A stretch of DNA of 64,000 nucleotides from Antedon mediterranea (Eukaryota > Animalia > Echinodermata). The DNA lies in NCBI RefSeq assembly GCF_964355755.1, contig NC_092678.1, positions 16,287,881 to 16,351,880 on the forward strand. Reading direction: 5' to 3'. The notes beneath the pieces were generated by a model. It searched no databases. It was given only the letters and a program-made list of their open reading frames with translations, and was not told where the DNA came from. Shown here in pieces: positions 1 through 12,470 of the stretch. Numbering within the stretch: position 1 is the first letter of the stretch; each line of letters opens with the position of its first letter. The translations under genes were made by a program, and so were the position numbers.

Positions 1-300
1 TGTGTAGTTTTTGCAAGGAAAAGCAGGAAGCACTGCTACATATGTTCTTTGAATGTGATCTGGTAAAGAAAATTTGGGAAAATGTAAAACAATATGTATC
101 GAAATATCAACAATAACTTAATTATCACCAAAGAAAGTATATGTTTTGGTTTTGGAAAAACACACAGTGATGCAAACATTTTAATTTTAATTACAAAGTG
201 GTACATATTTAGTTGCAAAATAAAAAAAAAATTACTTAATTATAATCATTTATTTCACATTTACCAAAAATACAAGGCAACCATATTATTAACAAAATGA
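1..300 (+). mobile_element. 3' end of an L1/Tx1-type LINE ORF2 (C-terminal Cys/His zinc-knuckle region), truncated by the window edge
   Basis: From position 4 the frame reads CSFCKEKQEALLHMFFECDLVKKIW...ILILITKWYIFSCKI, the Cx2C...H.FF.C...W pattern of L1/Tx1 ORF2 C-termini. Confidence 0.6.
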
Positions 301-1500
301 TTATTATAAAGTTTATTTTTGCGATACATTTTTTTTTCTTTAATTTCATTACTCTCTTATTTTTGAGAGAGTATTATATCGTTTTAATAGTTACGTTGCC
401 TTTATATATAAATGTTGTATTTTGCATGTGTTGAAATAAAATAAACAAAAAAGAAAAAAAAAACTACAGTAAATCTTTGTTAAATGTACTGTTAAATTTG
501 GACACGCGACTGCAGTCATGTATATGGCCTTGTTTCTTAGAAAAATTCGAAAAGATGTTATTCTAAAACTATAGAATAACCAAATTCTGTCCTTGATAAA
601 AAAAAAAGTATTTTTAAAAATCAAATCAAATGACATAATGCTTAATAAGAACAATAACATCTTTGTATCACGACGATACAATCAAATAATGACGTCATTT
701 GAAGGCAGAATAAATGGTTACAAAAAAAACTTTAAGCTGAAGAGATAGTTTTCTACTGAAACAAAATTGATATAGATTATTGTAACAATTGTAAAGAATG
801 AAATATAAGTGAGTGAATCTCACAAAAGACAAAAAAAAATGGTTACTATATTCTATCGTTCTATGATAAAAAACTGTTTAGATTGCTTTTGTTTTATATG
901 AGAAAATGCATATTTATTTCAATTTTAGAAAAAAAGAAAATTCGCAAACTCTAATCTTAAATATATAGGATATTTCTCCATCTACAATACATTTTGGAGT
1001 TATGGAGCATATTTTTGCAAACACAAGCAACAAGAATATTACAACTATTCAACATACATTGCATGAAACCATAGATTTTCGCATATACCGGTACTCATTA
1101 AATGAAGGAACACCATGTTCAACAAACATCATCCGCATAACTAAGATGATTCAAAACAATGTTACTACATTGTCAACCCTGATTCAAAACCATTTAGTCT
1201 AGAATTAAGACTACTAATATATATATATGTTGTACAGGAGAGGAGACATAACCCCACCCTGTCTAACTCCATTGTTATTTATATATTTATCGTCGATCGT
1301 TATCGTTCTGGTGTAAATGGACCTTCATCCAGAATTATAACTAAGCTTTACAACATAGACACTGTACTATTTAACCAGTTATAGTTAGGATCTCCATCGG
1401 AAAGTTTAAATCGTTGTAAAGATGTTCGGATTAGTTATTTAAAACATAAATAAAAATAAAACAAAGATAAAGATATAATAAGCTTAATATAATTTATAGC

Positions 1501-2513
1501 TTAAGTTAGCTTTATATAATTTTGTTTATTCTGTTTATTTCTTAAACGTGGTATTAATAATAGTATTATTGCACTTAAAAGTGCAGTTACAAATATTATC
1601 AAAAATGCAACCAGCCAAGTAAACTGGGAGCTACCAAAGGAAACGGATGTGACGCGTTGAGAATTGGAAAAGAGTTCGATTGTATAGTTTGAAACGCATT
1701 GACAACATAGTGGAAACGGTTCGCATCCCTCGTTGCAGCAAGCTTGAAAACGACCAGCAGCAGATCGATGTAGTATACTCTCACCGTAAGTTAGGCCACT
1801 CTCTTCTAATAATCTAGCAGTGTGTAACTGATTCAGTACCGACTGCATCTCTTTATTTTCACCAATATTTACCCGTTCTTCTGGGTCTAGGTGGAGATTG
1901 TAAAGTAACGAGGGATCTTGTTGACTAAGTGGCATAGCGTTACAACACCTAGCATTATAGTTATCTAAATCTTCAGAGATCGTCGAAAAAGATTCCAGTA
2001 ATACGGAATGCGCTTTGTACTGGTTGTAACGGTAGGCAAATGGGCTTTTCCATGTATTATTGAAAAACATCAAACTTGATCTAGGGCTCTGTGGAAAAAT
2101 GGAAATCATTCACTTGCTATTTAATTTCATTCTAAACACAAATAAATTATATTTTTGTGAAAATGGCGTGATATAAATATCATGAAATATAAGCATGAAC
2201 AAACAAATTACAAAGAAGCAAAGACTTTTCATATGGCAAGACAGCAATTAATGGCTAAGATAACAAGAATAAATACAAAGAACGCTTTAAGTCTGATCTG
2301 GAAGTATATAAGTCCTACGGTTTGGTTTCTTTATCCCAAAGAATTAAGGACCCAACCCACTCCTAACTTTATCTATTTATCTATATAGGCCTACACCGTC
2401 ACTGCCGATCGATGGGCCTGTGATTGATCGCTTTACGATCATTCCTTTCATCAACCATCTTCATAATATCCCTCCTTTATTTGTTTATCCTCATCTCAGT
2501 TGTTGTTTTCTTC

Positions 2514-2545
<32 letters not shown>

Positions 2546-4226
2546 TATCATCATCAATATAAAAACCAATATCAATTTTGTCATCAGAGACAATAATCAA
2601 TACAAACCTTTCCCATATTAAAGAGCACATCACTTATGTCATAACCATCAAGCTGTATATTGTCAACTGATGACCCAATTAAACTTGCAATCGTTGGAAA
2701 TATATCAAGATGACTGATCAATTCCCTAGATATTCCAGGAGCAATTCGACTTGGCCAATAAACCACACCGGGTACTCTTGTACCGCCTTCAAACGCAGAC
2801 GATTTTCCACATCGAAATGGTCCGGATGAACCACCTTGAAAACCAGAAGATTTGTCTGGACTGAAAAATAATTTGTGATTATATTTGGCTATGTTTCTTT
2901 CCTTGTTTGTCATCATTTTTTTTAATTGTTAAATGGGGTTAAACCAAATCAGAAATAATTGAAACACATGTCAAAGTCCTGAGATATTATCTATTTTTTT
3001 AAAGAATTTAATAATTAAATTAATTCTTAAATTTTTCTTTTTTTTTTCTTCTTAATCTTTTTAATCTTAGGTGTAGATTACAAAGTTTTTGAGGTTTGTA
3101 AATAAATTTATTATCTCAAATGTGGTTGTTTTTTAATTTATGTTAGAATCTGGACATTGAATAAGCCTACTACTCTAAGTAAAAGTACTTACAGATTTGT
3201 TTTATTATACTTACCCATTGTCTGACGTAAATAAAAATAAAGTGTTGTCAAACTCTCCGATTTCTTTTAATTTAGTGATGATATCTCCAATTTGCCAATC
3301 CATCTCAGCCAAGGAATCTGTATAATCTCCACCTAGGGTAGAATTATGAAACCGTGAACTGGCAAAATGTGGAACATGAGGTTGCACAAACCAGTACATC
3401 AGGAGAAATGGATTATCACTTTCACTAAACTCTGTAACCCAGCTTCTAGCGGCTATGGTTTGTCTTTCAATCAGTGTTAACAGATTCACTGGTTGCTCAA
3501 TAATCTCATCTTCTAAAAATAGTGGAAGAGGAGGTTCCGTACTTGTACAAACTGTTGTTACACAAGGAACATCTGGAGGAAAACATATCTGGGGCGGACA
3601 CCCGCTAGTGAAAACTGAGACAGGAATGCCAAAAAAGTGATTGAATCCTTGATGCTTTGGTAGGAACTCTCTGTTGCGACCAACTCCAAGATGCCACTTG
3701 CCAATAAGAGCAGACTTGTAACCCTGGTCGGCGACGAGCTCGGCGATGGTCGTCTCGTTTAATGGAAGTCCCAGTGGACTGTTTAGCCTCAGTGATGGCT
3801 TGAACTCATTGATCCAGAAACCACTCCGTACTGGATATCTACCAGTCAGCAAACCAGCTCTAAAGATACATTTTTAAAGAGAAGTATTCTATAATAAAGA
3901 CATTATTACTAACCAGTTTTTGTAAAGTGTAAGCTTTGGAATGGACAGATCACAACAACATGGATGGATTCCACATACCTTGATGGACTACAGATTGAAG
4001 CCGAACTGTAAAATTGTGTAAGCTTCAGGCCATCTCGATAGAGTATATCAATATTTGGAGTGTCCGAGATCGGGTTTCCTGTCGCCTGTAGATCACCGTA
4101 GCCTAAATCATCAGCAAGAAATATTACAATATTCGGTTTGTTCTGAGGCCGGCAAACTGAACATTCCAACAAAACTAGTAACAAACATGATATGCGAAAT
4201 ATCATGTAAGTCATCGCAGCTTTCAT
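1501..4226 (-). CDS. ARSA: Arylsulfatase A-like sulfatase, copy 1 (4 exons, about 577 aa), with signal peptide and C-terminal TM helix
   Basis: Exons 4226-3979, 3859-3215, 2860-2608, 2088-1501, all GT-AG with consistent phases. Motifs: PNIVIFLADDLGYGD, CSPSRAGLLTGR (formylglycine Cys motif across intron 1), GKWHLG, PHVP, FTSDNG, RCGKSSAFEGG, LLYNLHLDPEE and an ARSA-type CC..GC.P.P.CC.C end. The start ATG could be 4226, 4214 or 4205. Confidence 0.9.
2515..2556. repeat. (CAT)n microsatellite in intron 3 of ARSA-like copy 1
   Basis: About 13 CAT units, much shorter at the equivalent site in copy 2. Confidence 0.9.
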
Positions 4227-4680
4227 TGTTTTTATCAACTCACCTAATGACTGAAGCAGACCACCGATAGGCTTATGTTTGTTTTATACCATGTGAATAT
4301 CCTGTCAATTACAACCCGCACGTCACTCGATGAACATTTTCTTAAATCGTAATCTTTCATGATATAACTTGAAAATGGTTAAGTCTACCAGTACATATAT
4401 TAAATACTTGTGAAAAGTAGACCTAGTTGAAAGTCGTAAACAATTTAATTTAAAAAAAAAAACCCTAAAACCTCTTTTATTGCACCGCCGTGTAGGCTAT
4501 AGCCATATTACGTATAACTGAAACAACAATGATATTATTTCTTTGCAGTTACCTTAAAAAAAACCTCTTTTACAAATTAATCATTTCTCACTAGAGACAG
4601 AATACAACATTTTTTTCTTTTTATAGTAGTTTTTTATTATATTTTTATTATTTTTTTTGGTAAAAATAGAATGATCGAGG

Positions 4681-4709
<29 letters not shown>

Positions 4710-4720
<11 letters not shown>

Positions 4721-4986
4721 CATACTGTAAATTATAGAAACAGTGCTCATATTCGGAACATGATCTCATAATCGCGTCGAGCATAGCTCATTGGCGAAAG
4801 TTCCGTATTTTTTTAGTTGTATGAAAAAATGTCTCTGGCGGGATTCGAACCTGCAACCTCTCGCTTACAGGGCGAGTATCATACCACTAGACGCGATTAT
4901 GAGATCATGTTCCGAATATGAGCACTGTTTCTATAATTTACAGTATGATTTATATATAATTTACACAGTGCTACGCAACATCATTG

Positions 4987-4990
<4 letters not shown>
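4710..4990. mobile_element. Foldback/MITE-like insert with about 65-bp inverted repeats enclosing a tRNA-derived sequence, inside a (TA)n tract
   Basis: Arms at about 4710-4778 and 4890-4958 are perfect reverse complements. The paralogous site (12919-12962) has only (TA)n. Confidence 0.75.
4830..4892 (-). pseudogene. tRNA-derived (pseudo-tRNA) segment with A box, anticodon arm, B box and downstream T6
   Basis: Minus strand reads GTCTAGTGGTATGATA-CTCGC-CCTGTAA-GCGAG-AGGTTGCAGGTTCGAATCCCGCCAGAGACA-TTTTTT. The 5' acceptor strand does not pair, so this is not a normal tRNA. Confidence 0.65.
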
Positions 4991-5042
<52 letters not shown>

Positions 5043-5449
5043 CTGCTTAAGTTAGTCTCTCTCTTCTAACTTCTTAGATTATATAAAGTACGGTATCTAG
5101 ATGGGAAAAACGGATTAAAATAAGCTATTTTCTTTGCTTACCCTAAAAACATGTTTCAAACCCCTTACTCTTTTTCTCAATAGAAACAGACAACGTCAAT
5201 TTTTAATCAGTGCCATTAAAAATAAGCAACTAACTAGGCCTGTGAACCACATAAACAACAAACTCATAAGTTTGAAATTTTAACCAATCTATACAGTATT
5301 CTCATAATAATTCTTACATCCGCCTTTTCTTACTTTGTTCACCGACGCCAGCAACAACCAGCACCTATAAATATATATGTGTCGTAATTGCACCACTATC
5401 GTTAAACTTGTTTCACGGTACTTTTTTAAATCATAATGTCGATCATTTT

Positions 5450-6765
5450 GACAATGACAATGACAAAGACAACTTCATTTAGTTTCTTTGTAAATAAAGT
5501 AGATAAACAAACGACAAAATTAACATTTATAATTACAACATTTATTTAAACAAAGAAAAGGGGAAAATTCTTAAAGCAGATGCTTCTAAAAGACAAAAAA
5601 CCCATTTCAATATCAAATTCATTAATAAATGTAAAGCAGCTCAAAATTAAAATTTTATAGAAGTTTTGGAATAAAATACTACATTTAAACTAAGCAAACA
5701 ATTTCATTTTTATTTTGATTTATAAAAGAAGAATGGGTTTACGAATTACTTTCTGAAATCAAATACATAAGAATGGGATTACTAATTACTTTATCATAAT
5801 ATATAATTTTCTAATAGATGTTTTTTATACAATTTCATAAATACATGAATATTTGTGGAGTTTTTAAGTTTATTCCATATTAAAATTATTTTATTTGATA
5901 AACACATTAATGTTTTAACGTAGTAGGTATTAAAATGTTCATGCTGTCTGGTATTATAGTTATGGATATCTTTATTTTGTTTAAAATACCGTTGGATTAT
6001 AGGAGGAAGTTGTTGTCTATAGGCTTTGTACATTATTATAGCAGTATTTAATTCAATTTTATCAAATATATTTAATGTTTTAAATGTATACAAAATTGGT
6101 TTAGTGTAAGCTAAATAGTCAGCTTTATAGACAATTCTAATTACCCTTTTGTGTAACAAAAAATGTTTTTATTATTATTTAATTTTATAAGTGTTACCCC
6201 ATATTTCACAACAATAATTAATGTATGGTAATACTAATGAATTATACAGAATAAATAATACACTACTTTCAAGTAGTTTTCTTAATCTATAAATTATACT
6301 GATGTTTTTAGCAATTTTTGTTTTATATGCGTTTAACATGTTTTTTTCCAATTAACCTTACAAACAATTTCTATTCCAAGAAATAAACCCAGTCATCGTC
6401 TATTGTTATTTTGGTTTCACATGTTACGTTTTTGGTGGAATGGAAGATTATATAATTTGTTTTTTTAACGTTTAACGAAAGTTTATTCACTGTAAACCAT
6501 ATTTGAAGTTTATTTAACTCATTACTGACTACTCAAACCACTTGTCATGGCCAATGGTGTCAAAAGCTTTCTTTAGGTCTATAAAGACGCCAACCGAGTA
6601 ATTAGACTTGTCTATTGCAGATGTAATGTGTTCGTTTAGTTTAAAGTTTAAATAAGGCATGGGATGTAGAATAATTTGGGCGAAAACCAAATTGTCCAAT
6701 AATAATAAATTGTGTTTGTTTATAAATGTCATTAATATATTGTTAAACATCTTTTCTAATATGTT
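5450..6765 (-). mobile_element. Degenerate CR1/L2-group LINE fragment (RT and 3' end)
   Basis: GVFIDLKKAFDTIGH, ...KRVIRIV...HNYNTR...WNKL across broken frames, with a (TTGTCA)n tail at about 5450-5470. Confidence 0.75.
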
Positions 6766-6777
6766 TGAAAAAAGATA

Positions 6778-6892
6778 ATTTTAATCGCGTGCATACGCGA
6801 CTGTACAGCTAGCTCACTATGTCGGTCGGTTGGTTGGTAAACACTAACTCAAATGTTCGCACGTGACTGCAGCCATGTATATGACCTTACCT
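6778..6892 (+). mobile_element. Helentron-associated (HINE/DINE-like) short element; a matching 3' remnant lies at about 500-535
   Basis: TTTTAATCGCGTGCATACGCGAC 5' palindrome, (GTCG/GTTG)n microsatellite, CGCACGTGAC sub-terminal repeat and a GCCATGTATATGACC hairpin-like 3' end. Confidence 0.45.
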
Positions 6893-7015
6893 CTTATTAA
6901 ACAAAACAAATTCGAAAAGCTGTCATTCTAAAACTATATAATAAGCAAAATTCTGTCCTTGATAAAAAAAAAAGTATTTTTAAAAATCAAATGACATAAT
7001 GCTCAATAGGAACAT

Positions 7016-7418
7016 ATTTTGTAGATTTTACTTTTTATTGAACCAAAGAAATGATAAGGAAGGATTACGTTCGTGACGTTTCGTTGACAATCTGTCAAGA
7101 CAGGTTCTTTTATCTTTCTTTTGTCTGTCTTTGCTTCCTTTTCAACAAATTGGAATGCGAGAGTTATAGAAAAGGAAGCACATAGATAAAGATAAAGAAT
7201 CTATCTGCATAAGAAAAAAACTACATAACATCAAGAGAGACATTGGTGCGTATGACCTCCCACATGGTGGCGCTGTTCAGTGTCACTTACACAAAACCAG
7301 ACCATTCCAACCCAGGCTTTATAGTCTGAAGCAGTTGACAGATTGTCAACAAAACGTCACGAAGTAATCTTTCCTTATCGTTTCTTTGTTTCAACACAAA
7401 AGTAAAATCCACAAAATA
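7016..7418. mobile_element. MITE-like insert with about 83-bp imperfect terminal inverted repeats
   Basis: 7016-7098 is the approximate reverse complement of 7334-7418. It is absent from the paralogous segment near 650. Confidence 0.6.
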
Positions 7419-7829
7419 AAATATTATTTGGAACCAGATGAAAATATTCAATAAAAACAATAACATATTTTTATAACGACGATACAATCAAATAATGACG
7501 TAATTTTAAGGCAGCATAAATGTTTACTATATTCTATCGTTCTATGATAAAACGCTTTTTAGATTGCTTTTGTTTTATATGGGAAAAATGCATATTATTT
7601 AGTTCAATTTCTTTATTTCGTAAAAGATCATCCATATCAACAAACGTACAAACAGAAAAAGACAAAAAGAAAATTCGCAAACTCTAAGCTTAAATATATA
7701 AGATACTTCTCCATCTACAATACAGTTTTGAGTTATGGAGCATATGTTTGCAAACACAAGCAACAAGAATAAAACCATAGATAGATTTTCGCATAATACT
7801 CATTAAAGGAAGGGAGACCATTTTCAATA

Positions 7830-8365
7830 AACATCATACCGGCACTACTGCTTCTAGAGACATTCAGTATACGGTCCAGAGCATTATTGTGTCATTAAGA
7901 GATCTAATTGTCTTCTTAGGATATCACACCAAAGAGCAGCACAATGTTAATTAATATAAGATCTAAAGAGGCACAATTTAACATTAGTAGAGCATTTCAT
8001 AAATTTTCCATAAAGTGAGTTTCTTATAATACACAAAGACCTGTACTGACCTTTAATGTCAGTCTCATCACTGCAATCACACAAAATAATATGACCTTTC
8101 TCAACATCAACAAGTTATTTATCATTAAATATAATATCATTCTCTTGAGTAAACACTTCACACACAGTGCGTACCAGTAAAACAAGATTATCCGCATAAC
8201 TAAGATGATTCAAAATAATGTTACTACAGTGGCAACCCCAATTCAAACCATTTAGTCTAGAATTAAGAGTACTAATATATATGTTGTACAGTAGAGGAGA
8301 CATAACCCCACCCTGTCTAACTCCATTGTTATTTATATATGTATCGTCGATCGTTATCATCCATG
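7830..8365 (-). mobile_element. LINE reverse transcriptase fragment (RTE-like/other non-LTR); shorter paralogous copy at about 1130-1310
   Basis: NGVRQGGVMSPLLYNIY...HLSYADNL (RT motifs with the YADD-equivalent decayed). Confidence 0.7.
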
Positions 8366-8399
8366 TGTAAATGGACCTTATTTTTACAACATAGACATA

Positions 8400-9276
8400 G
8401 AAGATACTTTATTATATTATAACACTTAAATAAATTCCTGTCATTTGATTGGACGAATGTGGGTCACATGGCGTGCAATAGTACGCACTATTAAACAATC
8501 GTTCAATAGTACTTTTTTCGTGTACGAAAAAAAATCTTTTCGTGTTTGGAAAATATTTTGTTTTATACTTTTGCTTTTGAAATACAACGACGCCACCTAT
8601 TTTGTACTATCGCGGCGATTTGAATGTTATGAATGGTTTTTCGCGATGAAAGTATATTTCTGGAGAGATATATACGTACTAATTTAGATCAAAAAGGTAT
8701 TTAATTTAGCTTTAGATTTTGTTTGTTTGTATGATGGTGATTACTTAATGGGAACATCTCTGCAAGACGTGGAATCGTTGGAATAAACAGAATTAGCCTA
8801 GATGAGTTGTCCGTCGAAGTTTTGCCTTTCACTTTTTTCAGCCAACCCAAGCTAGAACTAGGCCTAGCCTAGTTCTGTTAGTATTAGGCTAGGCCTAGCC
8901 TAGGCGTTTTTGCCTTGCTAGGCCTAGGATTGTTTGGTCGTTTGTTGACATAATTAACACTAAAGTAGGGGTGTTTATAAAATCCATATAAATATAACAT
9001 TTAATATATAATATTATTAAAAACCAGATGTTACTGTTTTAATCAATGTGAATCAAATGTAGGCATTGGCTATCCTATGGCTACTTTTTATTTGATTCAA
9101 ATGACAGGAATCTATTTAGATGTTAAGCAAATAATGAATGTTTTATATTGGTGTAATGGTATCAATAATGAAAGGTTTAAATATCAACTCGGCGTTGCCT
9201 CGTTGATATAACCTTTCATCATTCACCTCATGCCATTATTTGTACCATTACACTCATAAACATTCATTATTTGTAT
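8400..9276. mobile_element. Non-autonomous insert with a terminal long hairpin (Crypton-like)
   Basis: Absent from copy 1 (compare about 1355-1370). Inverted ATTCCTGTCATTTGA motif at about 8434 and 9096. Imperfect palindrome of about 145 bp at 9128-9273 centred on CTCGGCGTTGCCTCG. Confidence 0.45.
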
Positions 9277-9501
9277 ACTATTTAACCAGGTATATAGGAT
9301 CTGATTTGCGACTCCATCGAAAGGTTTAACTTGTTATAAAGAGTCAGATAGATAGAAAACAAATACATTACATTACTTTTCTGATTGTATGTCTACTTTA
9401 CGTTTTCTGCTGATTTCATACGATTTGTATCCGGATTTGTTAGTTAAAACACAAATAAAAAAAAAACAAAGATAAAGATATATGTTATTTGGTAGTTTTA
9501 A

Positions 9502-9776
9502 TAAAGTTATTCCCCTCCGTAAAAAAACCACAAAAAATAAAGTTTTCCAATATAAAATAACAAAATAAATGGTCAAATTCAACCAAAAACCTTTTGACTG
9601 GCAGCCAATTTTTTGATCATTTTTTGCTTTAAATAAAATTTTTTTCAGGGAATAATTTTTTTCGATTTATTATTTTTTTTTTCAAATTGGATAACTATTA
9701 TGTGAAATTAAAATAGCATATTCAACAACTGTCAACAATTTTTTAAAATTATTTTTTTCAAGGGGACAATACATCT
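9502..9776. mobile_element. TTAA-flanked MITE (Kolobok-like) inserted at the stop codon of ARSA-like copy 2
   Basis: TTAA at 9498-9501 and 9777-9780. The right end GGGGACAATACATCT is shared with elements ending at about 33935 and 47537. The left end is degenerate. Absent in copy 1. Confidence 0.6.
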
Positions 9777-12470
9777 TTAAGTTAGTTTTATATAATTTTG
9801 TTTATTTCTTAAACGTGGTATTAATACAATTATTATTGCACTTAAAAGTGCAGTTACAAATATTATCACAAATGCAACCAGCCAGGCAAACTGGGAGCTA
9901 TCAAAGGAAACGGCTGTGACGCGTTGAGAATTTGAAAAGAGTTCGATTGTATAGTTTGAAACGCATTGACAACATAGTGGAAACGGTTCGCATCCGTCGT
10001 TGCAGCAAGCTTGAAAACGACCAACAGCAGATCGATGTAGTATACTCTCACCGTAAGTTAGGTCACTCTCTTCTAATAATCTAGCAGTGTGTAACTGATT
10101 CAATACCGACTGCATATCTTTATCTTCACCAATGTTTACACGTTCTTCTGGGTCTAGGTGGAGATTGTAAAGTAACGAGGGCTCGTGTTGACTAAGTGGC
10201 ATAGCGTTACGACACCTAGCATTATAGTCATCTAAATCTTCAGAGATCGTCGAAAAAGATTCCAGTATTACGGCATGCGCTTTGTACTGGTTGTAACGGT
10301 AGGCAAATGGGCTTTTCCATGTATTATTGAAAAACATCAAACTTGATCTAGGGCTCTGTGGCAAAAATGGAAATAATTCACATGCTATTTAATTTCATTC
10401 CAAACACGAATAAATTATATTTTTGTAAAAAATTGCATGAGATAAATATCATGAAATATAAACATGAACAAACAATAATTTGTCATATGGTAAGAACCAT
10501 AAAATACCAAGAACGATTGAAGTATGTCTTACGGTTTGGTTTCTTTAGGACTTTTTGGACTGAACGGATCACGAAGAATTAAGGACCAAACCCACTCCTA
10601 ACTTTATCTGTGTCATATACACCGTCACTGCCGATCGATGTAAGTTAGGCCTTAGCGATTGATCGCTTTACGATCATTCATTTCATCAACCATCATCATA
10701 AGCACCCTAATTCATTCATTTGTTCATCCTCATCTCAGTTGCTGTTTTCTTCTTCATCATTATCAATATAAAACCAAATATCAATTTTGTCATCGTGGTT
10801 ATCATCAGAACCGAGAAAGAATATATAATACACAAACCTTTCCCATATTAAAGAGCACATCACTTATGTCGTAACCATCAAGCTGTATATTGTCAACTGA
10901 TGACCCAATTAAACTTGCAATCGTTGGAAATATATCAAGATGACTGATCAATTCCATAGATATTCCAGGAGTAATTCGACTTGGCCAATACACCACACCG
11001 GGTACTCGTGTACCACCTTCAAACGCAGAAGATTTTCCACATCGAAATGGTCCGGATGAACCACCTTGAAAACCAGAAGATTTGTCTGGACTGAAAAATA
11101 ATTTGTGATTATATTTGGCTATGTTTCTTTCCTTGTTGGTCATCATTTTTTTTAAATTGTTAATTAGGGTTAAAAAAAATCAGAAATAATAAGTGAAACT
11201 TATCTATCTTTATTTAATAACCCATGTCAAAGTCCTGAGATATTATCTATTTTTGTAAAGAATTTAATAATTAAATTATTTCTTTAATTTTTCTTTTCTT
11301 CTTAATCTTTTTTATCTTAGATGTACATTACAAAGTTTTTGTGGTTTGTAAATAAATTTATTATCTCAAATGTGGTTGTTTTTTAATTTATGTTAGAATC
11401 TGGACATTGCATAAAGCTTACAACTCTAAGTAAAATTCCTAACAGATTGTATTAAACTTACCCATTGTCTGACGTAAATAAGAATAAGGTGTTGTCAAAC
11501 TGTCCGATTTCTTTTAATTTAGTGATGATATCTCCAATTTGCCAATCCATCTCAGCCAAGGAATCTGTATAATCTCCACCTAGGGTAGAATTATGAAACC
11601 GTGAACTGGCAAAATGTGGAACATGAGGTTGCACAAACCAGTACATCAGGAGAAATGGATTACCACTTTCACTAAACTCTGTAATCCAGCTTCTAGCGGC
11701 TATGGTTTGTCTTTCAATCAGTGTTAACAGATTCACTGGTTGCTCAATAATCTCATCTTCTAAAAATAGTGGAAGAGGAGGGTCCGTACTTGTACAATCT
11801 GCTGTTAAACAAGGTACATCTGGAAGAAAACATATCTGGGGCGGACACCCGCTAAGGTAAACCGAGACAGGAATGCCAAAAAAGTGATCGAATCCATGAT
11901 GCTTTGGTAGGAACTCTCTGTTGCGACCAACTCCAAGATGCCACTTGCCAATAAGAGCAGACTTGTAACCCTGGTCGGCGACGAGCTCGGCGATGGTCGT
12001 CTCGTTTAATGGAAGTCCCAGTGGACTGTTTAGCCTCAGTGTTGGCTGGTGCTCATTGATCCAGAAACCACTCCGTACTGGATATCTACCAGTCAGCAAA
12101 CCAGCTCTAAAGATACATTTTTAAAGAGAAGTATTCTATAATAAAGACATTATTACTAACCAGTTTTTGTAAAGTGTAAGCTTTGGAATGGACAGATCAC
12201 AACAACATGGATGGATTTCACATACCTTGATGGACTACAGATGGAAGCCGAACTGTAAAACTGTGTAAGTTTCATGCCGTCTCGATAGAGTATATCAATA
12301 TTTGGAGTGTCCGAGATCGGGTTTCCTGTCGCCTGTAGATCACCGTAGCCTAAATCATCAGCAAGAAATATAACAATATTCGGTTTGTTCTGAGGCCGGC
12401 AAACTGAACATTCCAACAAAACTAGTAACAAACATATGCGAAATATCATGTAAGTCATTGCAGCTTTCAT
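9777..12470 (-). CDS. ARSA: Arylsulfatase A-like sulfatase, copy 2 (4 exons, about 573 aa), with C-terminal TM helix
   Basis: Exons 12470-12226, 12106-11462, 11090-10838, 10355-9777, GT-AG with frame intact. Same catalytic motifs as copy 1 and over 90% identical by eye. Confidence 0.9.

Noticed and set aside
4830-4892. Functional tRNA-Thr(UGU) gene
   Set aside because: The acceptor stem cannot form, position 33 is C rather than U, and the T stem is mismatched; kept only as tRNA-derived.
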